From a virus: 64,000 nt of DNA. Below, piece after piece: positions 1 to 10,340 of this stretch. The position numbers and the translations under genes were made by a program. Each line of letters opens with the position of its first letter. Positions within the stretch are counted from its first letter, which is position 1. The notes beneath the pieces were generated by a model. The model worked only from the letters and a program-made list of their open reading frames with translations. It had not been told where the DNA came from and did no database searches. The stretch spans positions 18,938-82,937 of IMG/VR virus record IMGVR_UViG_3300032245_001466. The stretch is one strand, 5' to 3'.

Positions 1-2
1 GC

Positions 3-131
3 TGGGCTCCTGGCCAGAAGGGATTCCCTTCAGCCGGAAGAATCGCGTGGGCTCTCTGGGGTGGAGATTCGGGCAAGGCGTGGTCAAACAAGGTCATGCG
101 TTCGGTTGAAGCCAAAGAGAGAAACGGCTAG
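3..131 (+). CDS. C-terminal fragment of a conserved phage protein
   Basis: Frame 3 reads WAPGQKGFPSAGRIAWALWGGDSGKAWSNK...NG*; the PSAGRIAWALWGG motif is recurrent in phage proteins. Confidence 0.6.
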   Translation, partial: WAPGQKGFPSAGRIAWALWGGDSGKAWSNKVMRSVEAKERNG

Positions 132-286
132 CGCTTTATGGCAGATAAATACTTTCACGTGCAGCCTTGCTTTTGCCTCCCCTGTAAGGTGCTAAAGCAG
201 GACAAGGGAGAGCGACTTCCGCTCAGAGCAGAAACAGCAGCGCCAGAGAAAAAGCCTAAGAAGGCACGTGGCGCAAAGAAGTCCTA

Positions 287-601
287 ATGGCGCACAAAGA
301 TCCCGTCACGCCGGAGCTGAGGAAGGCCATCTTGGATCGAGATCGAGGATGCGTTGGCCCAAGGGTTGGAATGCACGATCAATGTGGCAGCCAATTTGGG
401 TCGGGAGGTCAAGTTGTTTTAGAGCTCGACCACGTATTTAATTCTGGCATGGGGAAGCGGGGGCCATCGGAAATGTGGAATCTGGTCACCCTCTGTGGCT
501 GGCATCATAAGATTAAAACCGAATCGTCAAGAAAGTGGCGTGAGGTTTTGTATGAGTATTTGGAGACGTTTCAATATGACAGAGAACAATATCTACCGTA
601 A
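287..601 (+). CDS. HNH endonuclease
   Basis: ILDRDRGC...LELDHV...NLVTLCGWHHKIKT HNH signature. Confidence 0.85.
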   Translation: MAHKDPVTPELRKAILDRDRGCVGPRVGMHDQCGSQFGSGGQVVLELDHVFNSGMGKRGPSEMWNLVTLCGWHHKIKTESSRKWREVLYEYLETFQYDREQYLP

Positions 602-772
602 CCAACCTTGCTCGAGCAAGATCTGCCCCTCAAAGCAGGCCAGCCTTGTGTCGCGGGGGCTTGGCCCAATGGTTAAGCGGGGAAATCAAAAATACCACCT
701 GTGCTGCCTTCCTGAGCGCGGCTTGACAAAGGGTGATACAATCAAGTAAGGTGATACCGAAAAGGAGGGAGC

Positions 773-1093
773 ATGGCAGATAAGGGAATCTGGTGGCGAT
801 CTTGCTACGCGTGCGGCGGAAAGCTTTTTGAGCTATCTGCTGGTCCATTGTTTTGCTCAAACGAGCATTGCAAGCGTGGCGGAAGAATAATGTCGTTTGA
901 AGAAACGACAGATAAGCAGGGGCAGGCGCAATCGGTGTGCATCTTAGATGACTGCCTGATGCATAGAAAGGGAAGGTACGCAGATGACGGAAGCGGAGAT
1001 GGCGGATCTTGGGAGATCCCGGTTCGACCTTCAACTGAAAAGGGTTCTAGAAGGCGATCAGGGAGAAAGACCAAAGGTGGTTCTGGGGTTTGA
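773..1093 (+). CDS. hypothetical Zn-finger-like protein
   Basis: AGGAGG RBS; CYACG...CSNEHC; TTGACA at 723 upstream. Confidence 0.5.
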   Translation: MADKGIWWRSCYACGGKLFELSAGPLFCSNEHCKRGGRIMSFEETTDKQGQAQSVCILDDCLMHRKGRYADDGSGDGGSWEIPVRPSTEKGSRRRSGRKTKGGSGV

Positions 1094-1213
1094 GGCAGCA
1101 AACGCAGCGGCCGCGATGGAACAGGGCCTCTCTTACGAGGATCGGGCGGCGTATCATTTAGGAATTAATTATGCACTTGAGGCGTGGCTGGTGTATGATC
1201 TCAGCCAGAAGGA

Positions 1214-1492
1214 TTGAGTTACATGAAGCAGACGGGTCCTAATTTTGCAGAGCAGCGACTAATTCAGCGGAAGAAAACCGCGCAGGTTTGGCGACTGCTT
1301 GAGGAGACCGGCATTAAGCGCAGGTTTCTTGCGCGACACCTTGGGGTGTCGTATGGTTATCTCAACCAGGTTCAGTATGGGCAGGCCCCAATCAGTGGGC
1401 CAATGCGAAAGCGCATCGCTGAGTTTCTTGGTGTAGACGAAAAGAAACTGTTCGAAGATCTCGATCAGTTCATTAGCAATAAGGAGAGCTAG
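1214..1492 (+). CDS. XRE-family HTH transcriptional regulator
   Basis: RRFLARHLGVSYGYLNQVQYG...RIAEFLGV pattern. Confidence 0.75.
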   Translation: MSYMKQTGPNFAEQRLIQRKKTAQVWRLLEETGIKRRFLARHLGVSYGYLNQVQYGQAPISGPMRKRIAEFLGVDEKKLFEDLDQFISNKES

Positions 1493-1493
1493 T

Positions 1494-2063
1494 ATGGCAT
1501 TCGACAAGAGCGCACTCAAGGATTACGTAGATGTTGCAGAGCGCATCCGTGCGTGGTACGAAGCGTACCCAAACGCACGTATTGAAACAAATATTATTGA
1601 GCACACCGAAAAGCGTGTGGTGATTGAGGCAAAAGCATATCGTGGCGAAACCCCCGAGGACAAGCCGGCTGGCGTTGGCCACAGCGCCATGCAGATTCCA
1701 GGAGCAACGCCATATACTCGTGGTTCCGAGATTGAGAACTGCGAGACATCGGCTGTTGGTCGCGCGCTGGTGATGGCGGGCCTCCCATCAAAGCGCATCG
1801 CCTCAGACGACGAGATCAAGTCAAAGGGCGGAACGTCCAAGACTCTGGCAAAGGCAGCGGCAGAGATTTTTGATGATGCCGTTTTGCCACCGCACGTTCA
1901 GAAGTATGTTGACGAGTTTGACGCCGCTACAACGGTTGAGCAGCTCAATGCAATTGGCCAGAAGATCAACAATTCTTCGGCAGACGGCGTTGAGATTGAC
2001 GATCTCTCTCGCCAGTACCTTGTGAATAAGTTCAAGACACGCCGAGCGGAGATTGCTGGATGA
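1494..2063 (+). CDS. putative single-strand annealing protein (Rad52/Sak-like)
   Basis: DYVDVAERI...ENCETSAVGRAL...IAS.DE motifs; next to exonuclease. Confidence 0.6.
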   Translation: MAFDKSALKDYVDVAERIRAWYEAYPNARIETNIIEHTEKRVVIEAKAYRGETPEDKPAGVGHSAMQIPGATPYTRGSEIENCETSAVGRALVMAGLPSKRIASDDEIKSKGGTSKTLAKAAAEIFDDAVLPPHVQKYVDEFDAATTVEQLNAIGQKINNSSADGVEIDDLSRQYLVNKFKTRRAEIAG

Positions 2064-2932
2064 TTCCAGAGAGGCACCCAGAGCACGTTAGCGTAAGCGA
2101 GTTACGCGAGTTTCTTTCCTGTCCTCTTAGGTGGTGGTACAAATACCGCCTGGGTATGTGGACGGAAAAAACAACGCCATACTTTGCTCTGGGCACCTCT
2201 GTCCACGCTGGTCTTCAGAAGTGGTACGAGCCAATTACTGGCGGCAAGCAGCATGGCGACCTTACGAAGGTCTTTGATTACTACCGAAAGACTTGGGCAC
2301 TTGAATCGTCAAAGGTTGACTGGACTGGAGAGAAAGATCGAGACCTTCTGAGTGAAGGTTTTAACGGCGAGGAGATGCTTCGCGCCGCGATCTATGCCGG
2401 CGACGATTGGGAGGCGAAGGCCGTTGAGCATGCGATGTTCTCGGAGATTAAGCACTCAAAACTTGGCAAACTACCAATTAAACTGAAGACGCAAGTTGAC
2501 ATGCTTACCAAGGGTCTTGACGTTGTGGAGCACAAGACCGCTCAGCGAAAATGGGAGGCCGAACGAGAGCACGGAGACATTCAGGCGACCGCTTATGCGC
2601 TTGCCGTCCGTGAGAACTATTCCCACGACCCGACGGTTACCTTTAACATCATTAGCAATTCCGCAAAGGGTCCGAATGTTGATCGAAGAATGACGACAAG
2701 AACGCAGAGCGAAATTGATAAGTTGTACATTGGCGCTCGGGCATTTGTTGACGCAATCGAAAAGGGTGCGATCTATCCAAACCCAACAGCGTTTGCCCAC
2801 GCGACGTGCGAGTTCAAATCGCTGTGCAATGATTGGGAGAGCCACCCGCAGAAACTTCCAGATACGCGAAAGAAACTTTATGATAAGGTTCCGACCCTAA
2901 AGAAAGATCTCTGGCCAGATCACGACTGGTAA
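2060..2932 (+). CDS. PD-(D/E)XK (RecB-like) exonuclease
   Basis: SVSEL..FLSCP..W..KY, GTSVH, VD...EHKT, Q...YA, C-terminal Cys. Confidence 0.8.
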   Translation: MIPERHPEHVSVSELREFLSCPLRWWYKYRLGMWTEKTTPYFALGTSVHAGLQKWYEPITGGKQHGDLTKVFDYYRKTWALESSKVDWTGEKDRDLLSEGFNGEEMLRAAIYAGDDWEAKAVEHAMFSEIKHSKLGKLPIKLKTQVDMLTKGLDVVEHKTAQRKWEAEREHGDIQATAYALAVRENYSHDPTVTFNIISNSAKGPNVDRRMTTRTQSEIDKLYIGARAFVDAIEKGAIYPNPTAFAHATCEFKSLCNDWESHPQKLPDTRKKLYDKVPTLKKDLWPDHDW

Positions 2933-2954
2933 CGCGCAAATTAAGGAGGGGAGA

Positions 2955-3119
2955 ATGTACGACTGGGCGATGAAGTGCGCCACTTGTGGCGAAATCAATA
3001 CTGCCGAGTTTTTCCAGGGCGATGACAACGTTTGTATTGATTGCCAGGTGGAAATCATTTCGGATGCGCCGAAATTTGACCAGCTTTCCTTTGCCCTTGA
3101 TGACGAGGGTAGTAAGTGA
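2955..3119 (+). CDS. small Zn-ribbon protein (54 aa)
   Basis: AGGAGG RBS; MYDWAMKCATCG...CIDC; translated by hand. Confidence 0.55.
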   Translation: MYDWAMKCATCGEINTAEFFQGDDNVCIDCQVEIISDAPKFDQLSFALDDEGSK

Positions 3120-3805
3120 AGCAGCAGATTATTCCGATCGAGGAGATGGTCGAAGTGCGCGTTTATTGGCGCTGCTACAGTGATCTTCCGCGGCACGCGA
3201 AGCTGTGGAGGCTTCCCGACAATAATGCGCGCTGGGCATGGATTACGTTGCTCTGCGCGGCATCCGAGACTAACGGCGTCTTTGAGTCTGATCAGCACGT
3301 TGAGGCACTTATTGGAACACAGAACGCCAAGTATCTTCCGCACTTCCGCCGAGTCGGCCTGCTTGACGGGCTCGTTGTTCATGACTGGGATGAGTGGCAG
3401 GAGCCATCAGACGGGTTAACCGAGGCTCGTGAGCGCCTTGCTGAGGCGGGAAGGTCGAGACTTGATCGACTTGGCCTAAGGGATAATCATGAAACGCCAA
3501 TAACGCGCAGTCTTAAGGAGTGGCTTGGCTACGTTGTCGCTGGGCCAAACACGCAGGGCAGGCTTGGGGAGTTTTTTGGCGCAATGCTTGGCGTTGTCCC
3601 GCAGCGAAATGACTACAGCAGGATTGCGAAGTTGATGAAAGATTTTCCTGGCGGCATTCCTGCGCTTATGGCTGCCGTTTGCGACGCCGCCCTCCGTGAC
3701 CTCAAGGGCGACCCGATCTCGTATTTGACAGCGGTTGGGCAGAAGCGTAAGATGGCTGCTCCTCGGCAAACGAGCAGTACGCGCGATGCGCATTTGGAGG
3801 GATAA
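3116..3805 (+). CDS. putative replication initiator / replisome organizer
   Basis: Directly upstream of DnaC-like ATPase; N-terminal K..RL...ARWAWITLLC.A and HDWDEWQ pattern typical of phage initiators. Confidence 0.6.
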   Translation: MKQQIIPIEEMVEVRVYWRCYSDLPRHAKLWRLPDNNARWAWITLLCAASETNGVFESDQHVEALIGTQNAKYLPHFRRVGLLDGLVVHDWDEWQEPSDGLTEARERLAEAGRSRLDRLGLRDNHETPITRSLKEWLGYVVAGPNTQGRLGEFFGAMLGVVPQRNDYSRIAKLMKDFPGGIPALMAAVCDAALRDLKGDPISYLTAVGQKRKMAAPRQTSSTRDAHLEG

Positions 3806-4446
3806 TGCAAGAGACGATCTATATGGGAGACATTGAGAATCGCGTCAAGCCACCAACGGACATCCACGCCGCACTACTGAAGGCTGGAATTCCGCAGCGG
3901 TATCTTGATAGTTCGTTTAAGAAGTTTAACGTGCAGAAAGAGTCTAAGACCGCGTTTGAGGCGGCAGCAGATTGGGCTCGGTCACCGATCACGGATCGTG
4001 GCCTGCTGTTCGTGGGCCCTCCGGGAACGGGTAAGACCCACCTTGCAGTCTCAGCCGTGCGAGAAAAAATCACAGAGGGGATCTCGGGAATCAAGTTTAT
4101 CAACGTGCCACTGTTTTTAGATAGAATTCGCATGTCGATGAAGTATACTGATTCGGAAGTGATCACTCTGTTTGAGCACTGTCTCGAGAAGGCTCCAGTC
4201 GTCGTTCTTGATGATCTTGGGAAAGAGAAAGCAACAGACTGGGCAGCCGAGCGGCTGTATGTGATGGTGGAGAGCCGATATAGTGCGTGCCGTGCGACGA
4301 TTGCCACGACGAATCGTGGGCTTGACGAACTCGACGCCCTTGGATATGGGGCTCTCGTCTCCCGCCTACAGCAAACCTGTCGCGCTGTCAAAGTGGGAGG
4401 GGAAGACCAGCGTATCCGACTTGGAAGGCTGGACCAGCCCGCTTGA
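3805..4446 (+). CDS. DnaC/IstB-like helicase loader ATPase
   Basis: GIPQRY..SF, Walker A GPPGTGKTHLA, Walker B VLDDLGKE, TTN, SRL. Confidence 0.9.
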   Translation: MQETIYMGDIENRVKPPTDIHAALLKAGIPQRYLDSSFKKFNVQKESKTAFEAAADWARSPITDRGLLFVGPPGTGKTHLAVSAVREKITEGISGIKFINVPLFLDRIRMSMKYTDSEVITLFEHCLEKAPVVVLDDLGKEKATDWAAERLYVMVESRYSACRATIATTNRGLDELDALGYGALVSRLQQTCRAVKVGGEDQRIRLGRLDQPA

Positions 4447-4798
4447 GATTTACCTACCGGGGCGGCCGCCGTCTTGGAATCGCGCATATCGAGTGGCGAA
4501 CAGAATTATCTACATGACACGAGAGGCAAAAGCGTGGAAGGAGGAAGTGACAAAGAGGACAGAGGCTGCTATACTCAGCAGACCGGATTTTATTCCGGTG
4601 GATAAGAAGCGAATTGTCATTGACATTTGGGCGCATCTCAATCGCCCGATGGACGCAGATAATTTGCTGAAGCTCACGCTCGATGCGGTCGCGACGGGGC
4701 TTCATGTGAACGATCGCTGGTTCATACCACGTGTGTGGGAACTAGAGTTTGGGAATAAGGATGAGCACATTGTCCTTGTTCTCAGTCAGGAGTTATAA
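4421..4798 (+). CDS. rusA: RusA-like Holliday junction resolvase
   Basis: PPSWN...DADNLLKLTLDA...NDR; start codon uncertain. Confidence 0.75.
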   Translation: MEGWTSPLEIYLPGRPPSWNRAYRVANRIIYMTREAKAWKEEVTKRTEAAILSRPDFIPVDKKRIVIDIWAHLNRPMDADNLLKLTLDAVATGLHVNDRWFIPRVWELEFGNKDEHIVLVLSQEL

Positions 4799-5176
4799 AT
4801 GGCTAAGGAGAGACTAGAGATCACGGGGCGACTTGGCGCGAAGCCAGAGTTGCGCGCAACCAAGAACGGCAAGCAGGTAAGTTCATTCAGCGTTGCCGTA
4901 AAGAACAAGCGCGGCGGCGAAGAGACCACCAACTGGTACGACGTTTCCGTATGGGAGAAGCAGGCAGAGCTTGCGGTCCGACTGCTCGACAAGGGTGACC
5001 TTGTGTGCGTTGCTGGATCGCCAAGCGTGAAGACCTTCACCACCCGCAATGGTGAGCAGAAGGCTTCGATCCAGATCACCGCGCAGACGTTTGATTTGCT
5101 CGCAAAGGGCAAGGGCGCTGGCGGGAGCACGGCCGCAGCCGCGGAGGAGCCAGACTTCTCCGACATCCCATTCTAA
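4799..5176 (+). CDS. ssb: single-stranded DNA-binding protein
   Basis: GRLGAKPELR...FSVAV...WYDVSVW...KGDLV.V.G; acidic DIPF tail. Confidence 0.92.
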   Translation: MAKERLEITGRLGAKPELRATKNGKQVSSFSVAVKNKRGGEETTNWYDVSVWEKQAELAVRLLDKGDLVCVAGSPSVKTFTTRNGEQKASIQITAQTFDLLAKGKGAGGSTAAAAEEPDFSDIPF

Positions 5177-5370
5177 TCGTGGACCTCGGTACGTTCCTGA
5201 GTTACGTGGGCGCAGTTGTAGTTGGATCAACGCTCACGCTGGCTTTGTGGACAATCTGGTTCAGGATCGTTAATCGATAGCAGTTCACTTCTCTTTATGA
5301 GACCCGTACCCAAGAGTTGCCTAGTGGCTCTTGGGTACGGGAACTAGTGAACCTGCGCGCGAGGCTCAAG

Positions 5371-5667
5371 ATGAAACAGAATCGCATGGTTATCGCCATC
5401 AAAGACGATCTTGTCCAGATACTCCCGTTTTCTGCATTGTATTCAGATCACACGGGAAAAATTTTTTGCGGGAAAATTGAGGTAGCGGCTAGTGATGCTG
5501 TACACCACATACGCTTGCTACCCAACCGCCGCTACCAGCAACTCCGTTTGACAAAGTTCATCCCCATGTATTACCCTCAGTTGTACAAGGCTTGGGTATT
5601 GGATGCCTGGCATGTAAGTAGCCCGATGAGCGAGAACTCCATCGGAAAAATAAGGAGAGCAAAGTGA
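5371..5667 (+). CDS. hypothetical protein
   Basis: ORF in operon, coupled to next gene. Confidence 0.4.
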   Translation: MKQNRMVIAIKDDLVQILPFSALYSDHTGKIFCGKIEVAASDAVHHIRLLPNRRYQQLRLTKFIPMYYPQLYKAWVLDAWHVSSPMSENSIGKIRRAK

Positions 5668-6038
5668 GAGAAGGTCTCGACGAGATTGTGGACGCCAGAA
5701 TGGAGACCACGGTCTACAAGCCTGTAATTGAACAGATTGAAGGCGTGATCTACGCAGACGGCTGGGAGGATTGCCTGGTCGGCCATGGAAACATCTTCCA
5801 CGGCAGCGATGGCCCAAAGGTTGTCGCCATCTATGACCGAACCAAGATGGTTGAGCGTCTTGGCAAGGATTTTGAAGACACCTGCGAGGCCAACAACGGC
5901 GCCCTACATGAGGATTGCGACCATATCGGCGAGGCAGATGAGTACATCTCCTACAACGTCGAAGGTGCGTTCTTTAAGACAGGAATGCCAGTCTACGCGT
6001 CTTTTCAGGCCCCAACAATCAACGTGGAGGAGATGTAA
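5664..6038 (+). CDS. conserved phage hypothetical protein
   Basis: ADGWEDCLVG...AIYD..KM...EADEY.SYNVEGA pattern; AGGAG RBS. Confidence 0.6.
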   Translation: MREGLDEIVDARMETTVYKPVIEQIEGVIYADGWEDCLVGHGNIFHGSDGPKVVAIYDRTKMVERLGKDFEDTCEANNGALHEDCDHIGEADEYISYNVEGAFFKTGMPVYASFQAPTINVEEM

Positions 6039-6601
6039 TGGCAAAGAAAAAGACTGAAGCCACAGAGACGATTGAAGTCCGTATGTACGACGAAGAAGTC
6101 GGGGATTTCTACATGCGCTCCGTGCCAAAAGTGCCAGTCAGTGCTTGCGTCCTTTGCGGATGCGCAGGATGCCTCAGTGATAAGTGCTGTGAGCATCTTG
6201 AGTATTGGGGTTCGGAGCATGGTCAGCCAGCGCGCTATCAGGTGCGCACGCTTGCCGAGCGAATCGAACGACTCGAGGGGCTCATTACCAAGCTGGAGCG
6301 CAATCGTACCGACGCGGTTGCAGCGATTACCGCTGTGGTCTCGCAGTACGAAAAATCGAGTTACCAGCCGCAAGAGGTCTCGGTCCTCAGGACGCTCAAG
6401 GCAGCACTCAGCGAGGATGTTGTGGCGACCGGGCGAACGTTCTGCCATAAGGACGAGCACTTGTGCTCTGCGTGCAGTTGCCAGAAGTGCAGCGCTCGAA
6501 TCTATCAGGCGTTGAAGAACAAGCACAATTGGGATTCGTTTACGCCAGTTCCGGAATGCTGTGGTCACAAAGACTACACGCCGGATGAGTTGCCGTTTTA
6601 G
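6038..6601 (+). CDS. Cys-rich hypothetical protein
   Basis: GGAGG RBS, translational coupling, CxxC clusters. Confidence 0.6.
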   Translation: MAKKKTEATETIEVRMYDEEVGDFYMRSVPKVPVSACVLCGCAGCLSDKCCEHLEYWGSEHGQPARYQVRTLAERIERLEGLITKLERNRTDAVAAITAVVSQYEKSSYQPQEVSVLRTLKAALSEDVVATGRTFCHKDEHLCSACSCQKCSARIYQALKNKHNWDSFTPVPECCGHKDYTPDELPF

Positions 6602-6610
6602 GCAGAAGGA

Positions 6611-7042
6611 ATGAAGATCATGACAAAGCGAACCGTTACAGTTGACACGTCGTGGATTGGCGGGGCTAAGGGGAAGGCTCTTGGCTTTGTCCTTGGGCTT
6701 ATCGTTGTGGCGCTCATTGCGTTCAGTGTCGGTCACGACGGCGGATACAAGGAAGGTCTTACCAAGGGACTTGAGGATGGCAATAAGGCAGGATTTGATC
6801 GCGGGGATCGAGCTGGATTTGAGAATGGCTACTGGAGCGGACGAGAAGATGGTTGCCTCTGGGTGATTGATTCTTCAGGTAAGCAGTACGTCATTGGTTC
6901 TGGCAATCCGTTCACCACGTGGTACTACCTGATGGACCTTGGGTCAATCTATATCACGCGATCTAATTGCAGCACTGATGGACACGGCAATGCTCCATAC
7001 GAGCCATCGACCTATGTTCCAAGCACAACGGATACCAACTAA
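6611..7042 (+). CDS. membrane-anchored protein with Gx3G repeats
   Basis: One TM segment then GYKEG..KG..DG..AG repeats. Confidence 0.6.
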   Translation: MKIMTKRTVTVDTSWIGGAKGKALGFVLGLIVVALIAFSVGHDGGYKEGLTKGLEDGNKAGFDRGDRAGFENGYWSGREDGCLWVIDSSGKQYVIGSGNPFTTWYYLMDLGSIYITRSNCSTDGHGNAPYEPSTYVPSTTDTN

Positions 7043-7196
7043 TGTTGGCCATTGTGCAGGACCTTGTCATTGTTGTGGGCGGAGGAGTTTTGCTTTTGAG
7101 CGGAATTCTTGAACATAATCTCATCCACATGTCGATTGGCGGCGCGGTGGAGATCTTCGGTCTCCTCGCGCTGTTCTTCGATGTCACTAGGGGGAA

Positions 7197-7625
7197 GTGA
7201 GCATGCAATACAGCGATCTGACAGTTCAGGATATCAATCGCAAGGTCGAGCTCCTCAATCGCCTTTCTGGTTTTCCAGACGGATTTAAGGGGTACACCAC
7301 GCCAGGTTTTTTCCGCACGCTGAGTGATTACGGTGGCATGAAACTTGTCAGGGTAATCAACTACGCCGGCGGGGTCCGCGCGGTGATTCAGGGTTATCAG
7401 CATCCAGACGTTCTCCTCACCAAGTTAGACGGCTTCATTGCCGGATGGCATGAGGGGAAGATGACGCTGGAAGAGTACAAGAATATCGCCGACGATTACG
7501 AGAAGCGTGGTAATCTCGTCTCGGCACCGTCAGGGGACGAGGCTGCTGAACGGAAGTTCCTTCAGCCGCTCAATCCAGATCCAATTGCGGCGCTGGCGAA
7601 AACACTTAGAGGAGGGAAGAGATGA
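7197..7625 (+). CDS. hypothetical protein
   Basis: ORF in operon. Confidence 0.5.
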   Translation: MSMQYSDLTVQDINRKVELLNRLSGFPDGFKGYTTPGFFRTLSDYGGMKLVRVINYAGGVRAVIQGYQHPDVLLTKLDGFIAGWHEGKMTLEEYKNIADDYEKRGNLVSAPSGDEAAERKFLQPLNPDPIAALAKTLRGGKR

Positions 7626-8035
7626 TTAGCGAAGTAGAGTGCAATTGCGCGTGTGTTGGTTGCTCTGAGGGCAACTGCTGCGACCATAAGGCGTGGGTGC
7701 AGGGTTTTTCTGATTACCAGCGCGGTGCAGCGGTGACCGCTCGCGGAGAGGTGTACCTCACCCCAGAGTACGGCCGTATCGCCATCGCAGCCATGGGGCT
7801 CGCAGGAGAATCTGGCGAGTTGATTGACCACCTCAAAAAGGTCATCGGTCACGGTCACGCCGTAGACAAGGACTATCTGACCAAGGAGCTTGGTGATATA
7901 CTCTGGTACGTGGCGGAGATTGCCACCGTGTCTGGGATAGACCTTGGCGATGTCGCAGTTGCCAACGAGAAGAAACTACGACTTCGCTACCCGCAGGGGT
8001 TCTCTGTGGACCGAAGCGTTAACAGGAGAGACTAA
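7622..8035 (+). CDS. MazG-like NTP pyrophosphohydrolase
   Basis: GLAGESGE..D..KK...KELGDILWYVA...N..KL..RYP.GF. Confidence 0.88.
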   Translation: MISEVECNCACVGCSEGNCCDHKAWVQGFSDYQRGAAVTARGEVYLTPEYGRIAIAAMGLAGESGELIDHLKKVIGHGHAVDKDYLTKELGDILWYVAEIATVSGIDLGDVAVANEKKLRLRYPQGFSVDRSVNRRD

Positions 8036-8745
8036 TGCCTGAACTGAACGCCAATATTCCGTCAATTGAGTGCTACGTTCGTGGCAACTATTTGCGCGAT
8101 CAGGAAGACAGCCACGACAAATACTTCCCAGTTGTCGTCTTCGGCGTCGCTTCTATTGCCGGAAGAAGCCCACTCTTTCACTTTATGATGGAAGACGGTG
8201 GGATCTGGTGGAGGGCCCCGCTTAGTGCCTTCTGCGCAAAGCCAGGCGTTCCAGAAGTGGACATCCACGATCTTGTGCTGTGGAATTCATTTTCACACAA
8301 CATCAGCGTGACAAAGTTTTACGCGCTGGATGGCATGCGCGTCTCGTACATTGATCGCCACAAGAACAACATTGGCGGAAAGTATCTGTTCACGCTGGAC
8401 TGGAGCGCGCCGGACTACAACACGCTGGATGTCGGGTATAGCCAGAACCCAGGGCAGCACAAGTGCGGTCACATGATCCTGCGCGACGATGGTAACTTTG
8501 CCATTCAGCCAAACAACCGCATTCATCTTTATGACCCATCGTTCTCTACGAAGCCGAACGAAAACCTGATTCAGCGTAAGGTCAATACCCGCAAGTGGGA
8601 TGTCGAGGATGCGGCAAAGTGGATCACGTCCGACGACGATCTCTACAACTACGGCGTGGTAAGCAACCCGCTTAATTTTACGGCGCAAGACCTTGAGCCG
8701 TTCTTCCTGACCAAGAAAGGACCGAACGATGCCGAAGCCAAATAA
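8035..8745 (+). CDS. conserved phage hypothetical protein
   Basis: LNANIP..ECYVR...YLFTLDW...HKCGH...GNFAIQPNNR motifs. Confidence 0.65.
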   Translation: MPELNANIPSIECYVRGNYLRDQEDSHDKYFPVVVFGVASIAGRSPLFHFMMEDGGIWWRAPLSAFCAKPGVPEVDIHDLVLWNSFSHNISVTKFYALDGMRVSYIDRHKNNIGGKYLFTLDWSAPDYNTLDVGYSQNPGQHKCGHMILRDDGNFAIQPNNRIHLYDPSFSTKPNENLIQRKVNTRKWDVEDAAKWITSDDDLYNYGVVSNPLNFTAQDLEPFFLTKKGPNDAEAK

Positions 8746-9538
8746 GTACGCTCCGAACGCAAGGCCAGAACAGAAGCCAATCTCTTTGTATGTCGGTGGC
8801 CCAATTGCTCATGATATGCACCCCCGCAATACGATGGGGCTGATGACGCTCCAGCGCGAGTGCGGAAAAGCTGGCATCCCGTTTAAGTGGAAGATTGTCC
8901 ACGGCTCTTCGGTCTTGCCAGATGCGAGAAACATTGTGTGCTCGCAGTTTCTTGAATCAGACGCTACGCACCTCTTTATGGTGGACGCAGACATTGAGTT
9001 CCAGGGCGTTGATGTCTTGCGCGCAATTGTGACGGGTAAGGACATTGTTGGTCTGCCGTGCGCAAAGAGACAGCCACACTTTGACCTTGCGGCGGAAGTG
9101 CTTCGAAAGTACCCAGAAATTCCAGGAGAGAACCTGCCTGCTTATCTTGGCGGAATGAACTTCCTTCCGTTGAATGAAGAAACGCAGCCAGAGCAGGACA
9201 TGACGCTAAAAGTTACACACATTGGAACAGGCGCAATGATTATTAGCAGAAAGGCGCTGGAAACATTTATTGCCGCCTACCCAGACCGATGGTATAGAAA
9301 CACGATCACCGGTCAGGACCTTAAGGAATTCTTTAGATTTTGGAATAATCCTGAGACAAAAGAGCAGTGGGGTGAGGACTACGGATTCTGCATCGATATG
9401 CGGAACGCAGGTGTAGACGTTCACGTGCTTATTGACGCAAAAACGATTCATTACGGATCATTTGGCTTTGAGGCGGACTTCTCTAAGCTCGCCGTGCATT
9501 ACATTAAGGATGTGGATGTGGAGGTGGAAAATGGTTGA
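8729..9538 (+). CDS. GT-A fold glycosyltransferase-like protein
   Basis: ARN...FL...THLFMVDADI, GTGAMII.R, GEDYGFC, H.G. Confidence 0.75.
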   Translation: MPKPNKYAPNARPEQKPISLYVGGPIAHDMHPRNTMGLMTLQRECGKAGIPFKWKIVHGSSVLPDARNIVCSQFLESDATHLFMVDADIEFQGVDVLRAIVTGKDIVGLPCAKRQPHFDLAAEVLRKYPEIPGENLPAYLGGMNFLPLNEETQPEQDMTLKVTHIGTGAMIISRKALETFIAAYPDRWYRNTITGQDLKEFFRFWNNPETKEQWGEDYGFCIDMRNAGVDVHVLIDAKTIHYGSFGFEADFSKLAVHYIKDVDVEVENG

Positions 9539-9839
9539 GCAGAATAAAGAACTTGGGGTTATTGCCAGCGAGATTAGCAGCAACCTACGGAAGTTGATCT
9601 CTTCACTTCCAAGTGGTGAGCGCCTGTCGTCGATTGAATACAATCACGATCAGGCCGAGTGGATTGCGGCATCATCCCGATGGAACGAAGAAGAGATGTC
9701 CCCGCCGTCCATGCTGAATTACCTCCGACCAGAGGGTGAGCCACTTGCCCCAAGCGGCGCATGGGTAACGGTTGGTAGGGCAACGGGCGCAAGCATCGGC
9801 GAAGCAATCAAGAACCTTGTTGAGGACCGCGCAAAGTGA
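9531..9839 (+). CDS. hypothetical protein
   Basis: GGAGG RBS, coupled to neighbours. Confidence 0.5.
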   Translation: MVEQNKELGVIASEISSNLRKLISSLPSGERLSSIEYNHDQAEWIAASSRWNEEEMSPPSMLNYLRPEGEPLAPSGAWVTVGRATGASIGEAIKNLVEDRAK

Positions 9840-10087
9840 GCCCGCGCTGGATGGACTACGCCACCCTCTCGCACGAAGAGGCAGAGGCAGAGATCAACCA
9901 ATCCGGCTATTTGCTCGCAGCCATTCACCACGCCTTCGTAGACGGGGACTGGATGGCAGTCTCCTACGACAAGAAGGGGCGCAGAATTACCGCAAAGGGC
10001 AGAAACCCGCAAGAAGCCGTCTGTAAGCTTGCGTGGGAGCTCCGGGTGCGGCTAGATGGTAAAGAGGGCTCTACGGGCCGCAAATAG
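9836..10087 (+). CDS. hypothetical protein, last gene of left operon
   Basis: Coupled ORF. Confidence 0.5.
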   Translation: MSPRWMDYATLSHEEAEAEINQSGYLLAAIHHAFVDGDWMAVSYDKKGRRITAKGRNPQEAVCKLAWELRVRLDGKEGSTGRK

Positions 10088-10340
10088 GCCTTTCTGTGGG
10101 GTTTGGAAGGCGCTTGGGGGCTGATTATCGAACCGCCAACCCCACTGCTGTGAAAAATCCGCCGGTGTCCCTAGCGCAGGGGCCAGGGGGGGCCTCGAGG
10201 GCGCACGAGAGGGGTTAGACCCGACCCTCCGGGTCTATCAGTCGACCAGATACAGACTGCGTGCGCGTGGCATTCTCTCCTCAGCGGCGAGACACTCTCG
10301 CCCATAGACGCATCGGACGCGATGCGAGAAGGAGTCAATC

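Noticed and set aside
5303-5341. 14-bp inverted repeat CCCGTACCCAAGAG/CTCTTGGGTACGGG
   Set aside because: Single copy, unrelated to the array elements; probably an ordinary terminator or processing stem.
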